DNA of 56,940 nucleotides, the filler included, from Callorhinchus milii (taxonomy: Eukaryota): NCBI RefSeq assembly GCF_018977255.1. It is 2 parts of 2 records of this genome, joined end to end, with 100 filler letters (N's around TTAATTAATTAA, not from the genome) between each part and the next. Parts side by side here need not be neighbours in the genome. Positions count along the whole stretch, not along the records: positions 1 to 28,425 come from NW_024705671.1; 1 more part is not named here. One strand, given 5' to 3'. The position numbers were made by a program, and so were the translations under genes. Positions 1 to 9,907 of this stretch are shown here, one piece after another. The first letter of the stretch is position 1, and the number at the start of each line of letters is the position of its first letter. The notes under the pieces are model-generated. The model was given only the letters and a program-made list of their open reading frames with translations. It did no database searches and had not been told where the DNA came from.

Positions 1-606
1 CAAAATATAGTGATGGGGTTTTACCCTTTCAACTAGTGCAAAAACTGACACCTTTATACAAGGCATCTTGTTTGCAATAACCACAACACAAGCAGTCAAA
101 ATGCAAACTAAAAGAAACTCTATTTTGCCACTGGTAAAGGAGATGTCTCATAGTGTAAATGCTTACCCCGAGCTCTCAATACTCTGATAGTGCACTGTCT
201 TTGAGTTGTATACAAGGCATCATGTTTTTGAGTTGTACGCCTTTTGGCGTCATCTGGTCCAACACCAATGGAGACTAGGCTCTAAGGAAAGCTGTCTCGG
301 GTGTGGACCAATCAACTTCAAGGACAGTGCATATCATCATCAGAGTTGTTTCTTTTTGTTTGCATTTTGACTGCTTGTGTTGTGGTTATTGCAAACATGA
401 TGCCTTGTATAAAGGTGTCAGTTTTTGTACCAGTTGAAAGCGTAAAAACCCATCACTATATTTTGCCACTGGTAAAGGAGATGTATCATAGTGTAAATAT
501 GATCAGAGTTGTTTCTTTTGTTTGCATTTTGACTGCTTGTGTTGTGGTTATTGCAAACATGCTGTCAGTTCTTGTACCAGATCAAAGGGTAAAAACCCAT
601 CACTGC
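1..606. repeat. Rearranged copies of an unclassified ~250-bp interspersed repeat (other copies at ~11085-11245 and ~25763-26012)
   Basis: 236-500 matches 25763-26012 (tacgccttttggcgtcatctggtccaac...ggaccaatcaacttcaaggacagtgca...catagtgtaaa). 1-120 is the reverse complement of ~343-465, and 503-606 is a further partial copy. Confidence 0.75.
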
Positions 607-688
607 ACGCAACGTGCACGGCACCGAGATGCCGCTACTGCGTCTCCCCCCCCCCATTCTCCCCCCCCCCGTGTGTGCGTGTCCGTGC

Positions 689-3600
689 CTGAGACTCAAC
701 GTCCACTGCTTTGGAGCAGACTCCCGTGTTGACATTCCACAGGCGGATGTGGTGGTCGTTCCTTCCACCTCCGCTCGCCAGCAAACTCGCCTGCCAGGGG
801 CACCAGGCGAGGCCTGCACACGAGGAGACGCACAACGACGCGGACAGACACTCTTCATTCGCCCTCTCGGATCGCTGAGGCCGGTGCCAACGCCGCACGC
901 CGACTGGCTCGAGCACGGCACATCGCGCCGCCCGCCGCCACCGCCTTAGTCCCCCCGTTGCCGGTGGGTGTTCAGACACCGCGGCAGGTCGGCGCGGAAG
1001 GCGAGCGGCGTTAGCCGTGGCCGGGAATCGAGCGCTCACGAGCCGCACGGAGGTCGCGTGTCGGTGTGTGCGTCGCGCGGCTCGGCGGGCACAACGTGGC
1101 ACGCCGGCCCACGCGGTGGGGGCGGGAGGGAGGGCAGCGGAGCCATCCTCCAGTTCTAAGTGAACCCGTAGCACCTCGGACCTGTCCCAAGATCTCTTGC
1201 CAAGTCCAGCAAGCCTCCAACATGTCACGTGACCTGCAAACTGCACAAAGGCCCAATCTGTGCTTTTTATACGTTTCTGCGCCATTTTTTCGCTTTGATG
1301 GTTTGTTTCCCCAGACGAACGACGTCTCCGCTACTCGGCGGCCGTTACAGTGACCTTTCGATTTAAAGCTTTCGTGACTGCAGGGATTCATCTTCTTGGT
1401 TCTTTCGGTAAAGTCACGTAGAAGGGAAGTAATAAAATAATAAAAATAAAACATAATAAAATAATTCTCACGACGTTTCGGCCACAACGCAAGCAGCCGT
1501 CCTCAGGTGGAGAACAGGTCTGTCGAGGCGACAGCGTCTGAATGTTTTATTTTCATTATTTCATTACTTCCCTCCTACGTGACTTTACCGAAAGAACCAA
1601 GAAGAGGTCACAGCGACCGGCTCGCCGCGTCCGTCGTGGTGGCGGTGTCACCACCGTGTGCGTGGTGTCACTGTGTGCGTGGTGTCACTGTGTGCGTGGT
1701 GTCACTGTGTGCGTGGTGTCACCGTGTGCGTGGTGTCACTGTGTGCGTGGTGTCACTGTGTGTGTGGTGTCACTGTGTGCGTGGTGTCACTGTGTGTGTG
1801 GTGTCACTGTGTGCGTGGTGTCACTGTGTGCGTGGTGTCACTGTGTGCGTGGTGTCACCGTGTGCGTGGTGTCACTGTGTGTGTGGTGTCACTGTGTGCG
1901 TGGTGTCACTGTGTGCGTGGTGTCACTGTGTGTGTGGTGTCACTGTGTGCGTGGTGTCACTGTGTGTGTGGTGTCACTGTGTGCGTGGTGTCACTGTGTG
2001 CGTGGTGTCACTGTGTGCGTGGTGTCACTGTGTGCGTGGTGTCACTGTGTGTGTGGTGTCACTGTGTGCGTGGTGTCACTGGTGTGCGTGGTGTCACTGT
2101 GTGCGTGGTGTCACTGTGTGCGTGGTGTCACTGTGTGCGTGGTGTCACTGTGTGCGTGGTGTCACCGTGTGCGTGGTGTCACTGTGTGGTGTCACTGTGT
2201 GCGTGGTGTCACTGTGTGCGTGGTGTCACTGTGTGCGTGGTGTCACTGTGTGTGTGGTGTCACTGTGTGCGTGGTGTCACTGTGTGCGTGGTGTCACTGT
2301 GTGCGTGGTGTCACTGTGTGTGTGGTGTCACTGTGTGCGTGGTGTCACTGTGTGCGTGGTGTCACCGTGTGCGTGGTGTCACTGTGTGCGTGGTGTCACT
2401 GTGTGCGTGGTGTCACTGTGTGCGTGGTGTCACTGTGTGCGTGGTGTCACTGTGTGTGCGTGGTGTCACTGTGTGCGTGGTGTCACTGTGTGCGTGGTGT
2501 CACTGTGTGGTGTGTGTGGTGTCACTGTGTGCGTGGTGTCACTGTGTGCGTGGTGTCACTGTGTGTGTGTGTGGTGTCACTGGTGTTGTGCGTGGTGTCA
2601 CTGTGTGTGGTGCGTGGTGTCACTGTGTGCGTGGTGTCACTGTGTGCGTGGTGTCACTGTGTGTGTGGTGTCACTGTGGTGTGTGTCACTGTGTGCGTGG
2701 TGTCACTGCGTGCGTGGTGTCACTGTGTGTGTGGTGTCACTGTGTGCGTGGTGTCACCGTGGTGTGTGTGGTGTCACTGTGTGCGTGGTGTCACTGTGTG
2801 TGGTGGTGTCACTGTGTGCGTGGTGTCACTGTGTGCGTGGTGTCACTGTGTGCGTGGTGTCACTGTGTGCGTGGTGTCACCGTGTGCGTGGTGTCACTGT
2901 GTGTGTGGTGTCACCGTGTGCGTGGTGTCACTGTGTGTGTGGTGTCACTGTGTGCGTGGTGTCACTGTGTGCGTGGTGTCACTGTGTGCGTGGTGTCACT
3001 GTGTGCGTGGTGTCACTGTGTGTGTGGTGTCACTGTGTGTGTGGTGTCACTGTGTGCGTGGTGTCACTGTGTGCGTGGTGTCACTGTGTGTGTGGTGTCA
3101 CTGTGTGCGTGGTGTCACTGTGTGCGTGGTGTCACCGTGTGCGTGGTGTCACCGTGTGCGTGGTGTCACCGTGTGCGTGGTGTCACCGTGTGCGTGGTGT
3201 CACTGTGTGCGTGGTGTCACCGCCGCGTGCGTGGTGTCACCACCGTGTGCGTGCGTGCGCGTCCCTGCCTTCACGGCGGCCGTATGCTCCTTGAGGGAGT
3301 GGAGGGGTGCCGGGGACGTGCTGCCGCTGGCCCACACGAGGAGCCTGTTGTCGTCGCCTCCGCTGGCGAGCAGGCGTCCGCCGGGGGACCAGGCCAGGCC
3401 GCACACCTCCCGCGCATGGCCGCTCAGCGAGGCCACGTGATGCCGCGCCACCCGCACGTCGTCCTGGCGGATCTCTCCCGAGCGGGACCCACTGCAGCAG
3501 CAGCCGCCGCGACCGCAGAGTTGACGACAAAAAAAACAACAACAAGGAACGGCAGTGATTCTAGATGTGAAGCTGTCGTGACTGCAAGGATTCATACTCG

Positions 3601-6600
3601 TAGGTTTTCTCGGTAAAGCCACGTCGGTGAAAATATTGTGAAAAAAATATTTTATTTATTTTCATTTATTATTATTTTATTTTATTATAATTTTTTACTT
3701 ACGTGACTTTATCTTCTTGGTTCTTTCGGTAAAGTCACGTAGAAGGGAAGTAATAAAATAATAAAAATAAAACATAATAAAACAATTCTCACGACGTTTC
3801 GGCCACAACGCAAGCAGCCGTCCTCAGGTGAAAAAACAGGTCTGTCGAGAAGACAGCGTCTGAATGACACACCCCAGGCTTGGAGTGTCTATTTAAGTGA
3901 CTTTACCCAAAAAACCTAAGAGTAAGGAACGGCGATGCAGCGTGTCTCCACCCGCACACCGAGGTGCTGGATCTCACCCAAGTCGAGAGCCAAAGCCGTC
4001 ACCACGACGCCGGCGTTCACCGCAGCGCTCACCACGGCAAAGTGTGCGGTGTGCGCCCAAGCACTTGCCTTGCCAGGAGGTGTCCGTTCCAGGACAGGGA
4101 GCTCACACGCCCCACGTGACCCGACAGGCTCCTGAGACGCTTGCGGCGCTCCACGTCCCAGATCTGCGCGTGCAAACACACACACACACGTACACACACA
4201 CACACACGTACACACACACACGTACACACACACGTACACACACACACACACGTACACACACACACATACACACACACACACACGTACACACACACACACA
4301 CACAGTACACACACACACACACACGGTACACACACACACACACGTACACACACACACGTACACACACACACACACGTACACACACACACACACGTACACA
4401 CACACGCACACACACGTACACACACGTACACACACTCACACATGCACACACGCACCACCATAGAGACACACACACACACGCACCACCATAGAGACCCACG
4501 CAAGGACGCACAAGTCACGGCGCCGATACAAAGCCCACCTGCTCACTTCCCAGAATCCTCTGCTCTCCAACCCGTACCCCAGAAGTCTCACATTTTTGGC
4601 AAGTTCCCCATTCACCCCGTCTCCCGTGCCGGTCACTCGCTCCACACTCCGCCTTCCACAATGCCCTGCTCCTTGAAATATCCCAGAATCCTCTGCTCTC
4701 CACCCCGTACCCCAGAATGCTGTGCTCATTACCTGCACGGTGTTGAAGCTGGTTCCTATGGCGAGGAAGTTGCCGCTGGTTGGTACCCACGAGACGGACG
4801 AGGGGTAGTACCGCCCCTCCATCTGACACGGGCAGAGACACACGGTGTACACGCATCTCTCACGCTCAAGCTGCCGGCGTGCGTGTGCTGCTTCACGGCA
4901 CTCCGCCGGCTTTGCACAAGAACACAACAACACTGCCCCCCCCCGTATCCCCATGCATCCACAAACGAGCCTGTTCTCTCTACGTGTCTCTGTGATATCT
5001 GTCTACTTATATGTCTGTCTGTGTGTCTATGTTGTGTGTCTCTGTGTGTCTCTGTGTTGTCTCTCTCTACGTGTCTCTGTGATATCTGTCTCTACTTATA
5101 TGTCTGTCTGTGTGTCTATGTTGTGTGTCTCTGTGTGTCTCTGTGTTGTCTCTCTCTACGTGTCTCTGTGATATCTGTCTCTACTTATATGTCTGTCTGT
5201 GTGTCTATGTTGTGTGTCTCTATCTGTGTGTGTCTCTGTGTGTCTCTGTGTTGTCTCTCTCTATGTATCTCTGTGATATCTGTCTACTTATGTCTGTGTG
5301 TGTGTCTATGTTGTGTGTCTCTCTCTGTGTGTGTCTCTGTGTTGTCTCTCTCTATGTATCTCTGTGATATCTGTCTCTACTTATATGTCTGTGTGTGTGT
5401 CTATGTTGTGTGTCTCTCTCTGTGTGTGTCTCTGTGTTGTCTCTCTCTATGTATCTCTGTGATATCTGTCTCTACTTATATGTCTGTCTGTGTGTCTATG
5501 TTGTGTGTCTCTCTCTGTGGGTGTTTCTGTGTGTCTCTCTCTGTGTCTCTCTCTCTGTGTCTCGCTCTGTGTGTCTCGCTCTGTGTGTCTCTCTCTGTGT
5601 GTCTCTCTCTGTGTATCTCTGTGATATCTGTCTGCTTATATGTCTGTCTAGATGTCTCTGGTTCTGTGTTTTATCTCTCTCTCAAATTTAGCATTCTCAG
5701 GAAGAACGTAATCAACCAGGTAGGGTGTTGACTGTTATGTTATCCGACTCTCTGTTGTATTACATTACATTTCAAAGTATACTAGATTTGTGTTTCTATT
5801 TAATTTATACCTGATGACGATTGATTGTGTTGCAATCGAAACGTCGTATGCTAGTATTTAATTTATTTTATTATTTTATCTTTATACGTGACTTTACCGA
5901 AAGAACCAAAGCATGTTCTCCATTCGTCGGTGCGTGTCTGCATGCCAGCGTCTCCGCGTGTCTGGTCGTGCAGCGATTGGCGGGCTGCGTGATAAACCCA
6001 GCGGGCGACCCAAGTCCGATTCCCGCTCGCCGTTAACACAAGTGACAATTACTCTTTGGTTCTTTCGCTAAAGTCACGTGTAAAGATAAAATAATAAATT
6101 AAATAATAGCATACGACGTTTCGATTGCAACACAAGCAATCGCCGTCATCAGGTACAAAAGAAATAGCAACAAAAATCTAACCAGAAAACTATAGACAGA
6201 CATATTAGCAGACAGATATCACCAAGATACATAGAGAGAGAGCAACACACATCGGCACACAGAGAGAGAACGTCTCTGTGACGAGGCCTTAAATAGAGAG
6301 AGGGGGGGGCGGGGGCGGAGAGAGGGAGGGGGTTAGAGAAAAAATGAGCATGTCAATGGGGAGGACGATGCGTGGTGAACCAAAGAGTAATTCCTGCAGT
6401 CACGAAAGCTCCAAACGAAGACACAAGTGACAATTGTCTGAACCAATCGTGCGCCTCCTCCCCTAAGCGGACTCCACATCCAATGAGCACCTGGTTCTCA
6501 TCACCCACGGGGAGACAAAGGCGGCCAAGTCTGGTGCTGGTCACCCACCCACCCCCTGGTGTGCCATGCCAGTGTTCTCTAACAGCTCTTGCCCCACAAG

Positions 6601-9600
6601 TATGTGAAGGCTACATGGGGGGGGGGGAACTTTGTATTTGTGTTGCAGTACCTTGTTGCAGGCCTCCATGTGCTGGGTCACAGTCCCCGTTGCCGCGTCC
6701 CACAGGAACGTCCCCAGGCGGCCCAGCGCCACGCACACCACGTTGTCCACGCTCCAGTCCAGCGCGTTGAGGTCTGTGTGCACGGCGGTGTGGGGTCACA
6801 GGTCACGATAAGGGTGAACACTTTAAGTTCAGGATGACATTTGTATCGTGTGTGTATACGTGTACACGTGGGTAAATACAGATTTTATATGATGCCGGTT
6901 TTGCGACTCAGGGAAGGTCGAGATATAATCACTTAGTTGTGGCGGTGGAGGGCGGTGGTGTCGCAGGCTGCGGCGTGGATACCGTGCAGGACAACTGCAG
7001 GCTGTGTGTGGCGGGTAGAACGCCAGTGGCCTCGTTGTGGCGAACAAACACGGGTACGCACACAATGTGAAGCAGAACGCCAAACTAGCACCGCGTTGAC
7101 GCATCGCGTGGACGCCATCTCAGCATTGCGGCCTTAGCGATGGGTCAGGGTGGGCACGTGGGAGACCAGCGGTCTGGATTGTGGGCCACTCGTATCTCAA
7201 CGTGTTCATGTGGCCGATACAAAGTCCCACGTGATGAGGAGCCGCTTTGTTGGGCTGCCATTTGTGGCCACGTTGCCGCTGAGAAATAAGTGAATAGCTC
7301 AGCGGGCTGAAGCCGGTAAGTTTCACTCGTGGATATATTTCTATTTGAAGCTGTGTGTATGTGTGCGTGTGCGTGCCTGTGTGTGTGCGTGTGGTAGTGT
7401 AGCGGTTAGCGCTACGCTGCGCTATGAACTTGGCGACACGGGTTCGATTCCCGCTCACGGCCAACACCGATGACGATTATCTGAACCGGTCCCGAGCCTC
7501 CCCTAGGTCGACTCGGCCTCAAATGAGTACCTAGTGCGGTGTGTAAACATAGTCACCGGGGAGACAAAGGCGGCCGGGCGTGGTGCTGGCCACCCACCCC
7601 CTCGTGTGCCGTTCCGGCCCTCACAGGTGCTCGCTAACAGCACTTGCCCCTACGGTCTGTTAAGGCCACACGGGGGATCTTTATCTTTGTGCGTGCGCGA
7701 ATCTCACAGAAGTCATTGCGGACGCCCGGCGCGTCCAGCACCCGCGCGGGCTGCGTGGGTACGCGCCGCTTCTTCGTGAGCAGGGAGAGGGGAGTGTAGC
7801 CCGGCATGGAGGACAACGCCTGCTGCTGTGTGGAGCCGCTGCAGCCTTCGGGGACAACCACCATAACCACCACCACGACGTTAACCACCACAACCACCAC
7901 CACCACCTCCACAACCACGACAACCACCACGACAACGACGTTAACCACCACAACCACCACAACCACCACACAACCAGGACGACGTTAACCACCAAGGCAA
8001 ACGCCGTGGCCACATTCACCAGGACGACGTTAACCACCACGGCAAACGCCGTGGCCACATTCACCAGGACGACGTTAACCACCACGGCAAACGCCGTGGC
8101 CACATTCACCAGGACGACGTTCACCACCACGGCAAACGCCGTGGCCACATTCACCAGGAACGCTGCGAACACAGCCCTGCAGGGCGTGCGGTGACTTGCC
8201 TGCGTCCATGTGCCAGGGGGAACCACTCACGGCCACGTACACATAGTTCCTTTCGCCCCCCCCTCACCATCCCACGTGTCTCCGTCCATCTGTAGCCCCC
8301 TGTACCCCAGTCTCCTTCCATGTCCTCCCCTCCACGTCTCAGCCTTGCCCCTACACCTCCTCTGTCGTCCCCGTGTCGTGTCTACCGCTCGAGTCTCTCT
8401 CCCACGACGTCACCCTGAGTCCTCGCCAACACGTCAAATCCAGCTCCCCACGTCCTTCACCGTCTCTCCGTGTAGCCCGTCTTACCCTCGGGTACGCGTC
8501 CCTGGTAGCGTAAGATTCGTGCTTTCTCCACATCCACGCCGCTCAGCAGATGCATCATCGCTGCCTGCTTCTTCTACACGTGGACAAATATAAAGGACAA
8601 ATATAAACGTGTGTTACCGTGTGTTACCGTGAGTCACCGTGAGTCTTAGTGTGTCACCGTGTGTCTCCGTGTGTCACCGTGTGCCTCCGTGTGTCACCGT
8701 GTGTCTCCGTGTGTCACCGTGTGTCTCCGTGTGCCACCGTGCGTCTCCGTGTGCCTCCGTGTGTCACCGTGTGTCTCCGTGTGTCACCGTGTGTCTCCGT
8801 GTGTCTCCGTGTGTCACCGTGTGTCACCGTGTGTCTCCGTGTGTCTCCGTGTGTCACCGTGTGTCTCCGTGTGTCACCGTGTGTCTCCGTGTGTCACCGT
8901 GTGCCTCCGTGTGTCTCCGTGTGTCTCCGTGTGTCACCGTGTGCCTCCGTGTGTCACCGTGTGTCTCCGTGTGTCACCGTGTGTCTCCGTGTGTCTCCGT
9001 GTGTCACCGTGTGTCTCCGTGCCTTCAGTGGAGATGCTGTTTCTTCTCGAGATACGAGGTAGCGTGCCACCTCCATATTCTCGCTGTTCCGCACCGGGAT
9101 GAATCGGTCACCGAGCTCGCCATGGGGAGTGCGGCGGGCGCGACCTGGAGTTTGGGCACACACGCACACAGCAGGCATTCATGGCAAATGTGTACACGGA
9201 CAGTAAACACACAGCAAAGTATATACAGAGAGAATGCATACATATATATGGCGATGCGTGCATACAGACCACACGCCGCACATTCCACGCATTCAAACGC
9301 CACAATCATCGCACACCGAACGCACAAAACCACAGGCTACGCGTGCCTGTTGAACTTCTTTCGCACCGTACGTAGCCACGCCACACTCACCAGGCGAGCT
9401 CGTGCCCTTGGCCCCGGGCATTTTCCGGCACTTGGAGACGCGAGTGCGTCCTGGCGCAGTGTTGGTGCGGCAAGTCCCCTTCATTGGTGACACCGCCATC
9501 ATGCTGCTGCTGCTGCTGATGATGCTGCTGTTGATGCTGCTGCGGCTGCAGCTGCGGCTGCTGCGGGCGCCAGGGGGAGCTGGCATGCCCAAGCCTCCCA

Positions 9601-9718
9601 CCGTGCTCGTGCTAGCGGACGCCGCCTTGCGTCGCCATCGCGGCTGGCGACCCGAGGAGGTGGGGGCATCCGGCTTCAGCGAGTGACTCGCGTCGCTGAC
9701 AAACGGGGACCGCGACAT
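689..9718 (-). CDS. CDC20: CDC20/fizzy-like APC/C co-activator (WD40), divergent, 3'-incomplete in this window
   Basis: Phase-consistent exons on minus: 9718-9391 ([26 protein letters not shown], like CDC20 MAQFAFESDLHSLLQLDAP..ARWQRKA); 9144-9023 (C-box [19 protein letters not shown]); 8573-8486 ([10 protein letters not shown]); 7845-7708 ([14 protein letters not shown]); 6773-6652 (YLNALDWS); 4822-4733; 4163-4069 ([26 protein letters not shown]); 3491-3269 ([30 protein letters not shown]); 813-689 ([23 protein letters not shown]). The last exon is 1 nt short of frame. The final WD blades and IR tail are not seen. Confidence 0.9.
1357..1605 (-). mobile_element. Short non-autonomous Penelope-like (PLE) terminus element with a hammerhead and an inverted partial copy
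   Basis: Minus strand reads hammerhead, AT-rich tract, then cgtgactttaccgaaagaaccaagaagatgaatccctgcagtcacgaaagctttaaatcgaaa. 1545-1605 is an inverted partial copy. The same motif recurs more than 15 times between 1.3 and 20.9 kb. Confidence 0.75.
1465..1514 (-). ncRNA. Minimal type-I hammerhead ribozyme (PLE-type)
   Basis: Minus: UUCUCCAC-CUGAGGA-C-GGCUGC-uugcguu-GUGGCC-GAAA-CG-UC^GUGAGAA. Intact CUGANGA and GAAA boxes, stems I and II, palindromic ACGU stem III, GUC cleavage triplet (cut between 1472 and 1471). Confidence 0.85.
1644..3250. repeat. 17-bp minisatellite (gtgtcactgtgtgcgtg)n, about 90 copies, intronic
   Basis: Direct tandem repetition; explains the Cys/Val ORFs open in all three plus frames. 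Confidence 0.97.
3558..3925 (-). mobile_element. Cluster of PLE-terminus fragments in both orientations, including a hammerhead-bearing copy
   Basis: 3711-3865 is nearly identical to 1389-1544; flanked by further gtgactttacc.aaaaaacctaagag / gcagtcacgacagct fragments. Confidence 0.75.
3786..3834 (-). ncRNA. Minimal type-I hammerhead ribozyme (PLE-type)
   Basis: Minus: UUUUCAC-CUGAGGA-C-GGCUGC-uugcguu-GUGGCC-GAAA-CG-UC^GUGAGAA. 7-bp stem I; core identical to the 1465-1514 copy; cut between 3793 and 3792. Confidence 0.87.
4176..4480. repeat. Interrupted (CA)n microsatellite
   Basis: (ca)n runs punctuated by cgta. Confidence 0.95.
4975..5665. repeat. ~87-89-bp CT/GT-rich tandem repeat, about 7 units
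   Basis: Repeated tctctgtgatatctgtctctacttatatgtctgtctgtgtgtctatgttg. Its reverse complement also occurs inside the element at 6190-6240. Confidence 0.9.
5806..5850 (+). ncRNA. Minimal type-I hammerhead ribozyme (PLE-type)
   Basis: UAUAC-CUGAUGA-C-GAUUG-auuguguug-CAAUC-GAAA-CG-UC^GUAUG; cut after 5845. Confidence 0.83.
6051..6420. mobile_element. Non-autonomous PLE-derived insertion with 15-bp target-site duplication
   Basis: Flanked by acacaagtgacaatt at 6036-6050 and 6421-6435. Contains an inverted hammerhead-bearing segment plus a forward 3' terminus (gaaccaaagagtaattcctgcagtcacgaaagct). Confidence 0.8.
6111..6156 (-). ncRNA. Variant minimal hammerhead ribozyme
   Basis: Minus: GUAC-CUGAUGA-cggc-GAUUGC-uuguguu-GCAAUC-GAAA-CG-UC^GUAU. 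Four extra nt before stem II, so activity is less certain. Confidence 0.7.
7391..7690 (+). mobile_element. tRNA-derived SINE
   Basis: A-box-like tggtagtgtagcggttag, B-box ggttcgattccc at 7441, central ggtcgactcggcct..aaatgagtacc, short tcttta tail; a second copy lies at 5960-6640. Confidence 0.75.
7856..8160. repeat. (acc)n-rich tract followed by four 45-bp tandem units, each with a hairpin
   Basis: Unit accaggacgacgttaaccaccacggcaaacgccgtggccacattc; ccacggc-aaac-gccgtgg is a 7-bp stem-loop. Confidence 0.9.
8609..9020. repeat. 10-bp minisatellite (gtgtcaccgt / gtgtctccgt)n
   Basis: About 40 tandem units filling most of CDC20 intron 2. Confidence 0.95.
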
Positions 9719-9907
9719 CCTGAGACGGTCGTGCGGCGAGACGTTGACACGAGCGGTGACAAGCGGTGACGTGGATGGGCTCTCAAATGTCAGCAGGACG
9801 TGATCTTTCTCTCAAGGGGCACTCCTGGGGACATCGTCAGATAGATGGAGACGCCGCACCAGGACACACAGGCATGGCTTAGCTCCGAGATAGAAATCTC
9901 AAACAAG

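Larger units (their letters stand above)
5960..6640 (+). mobile_element. tRNA-headed SINE, split by a 370-bp PLE-derived insertion
   Basis: Head 5960-6050 and body 6421-6640 align with the uninterrupted SINE at 7391-7690 (ggggagacaaaggcggcc...tggtgctgg.cacccaccc). Confidence 0.7.

Noticed and set aside
236..262. Hairpin acgccttttggcgt with CAGATGA on the minus strand, superficially hammerhead-like (also at 25763)
   Set aside because: Core reads CAGAUGA and GUAC/GUAG instead of CUGANGA and GAAA; no stem I.
1644..3250. Dozens of CACAGTG RSS heptamers on the minus strand
   Set aside because: Part of the satellite unit; no nonamer at 12/23 spacing and no V/J segments.
1507..3616. ~600-aa Cys/Val-rich ORFs in three frames
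   Set aside because: Translation of a stop-free 17-bp minisatellite lying in a CDC20 intron on the opposite strand.
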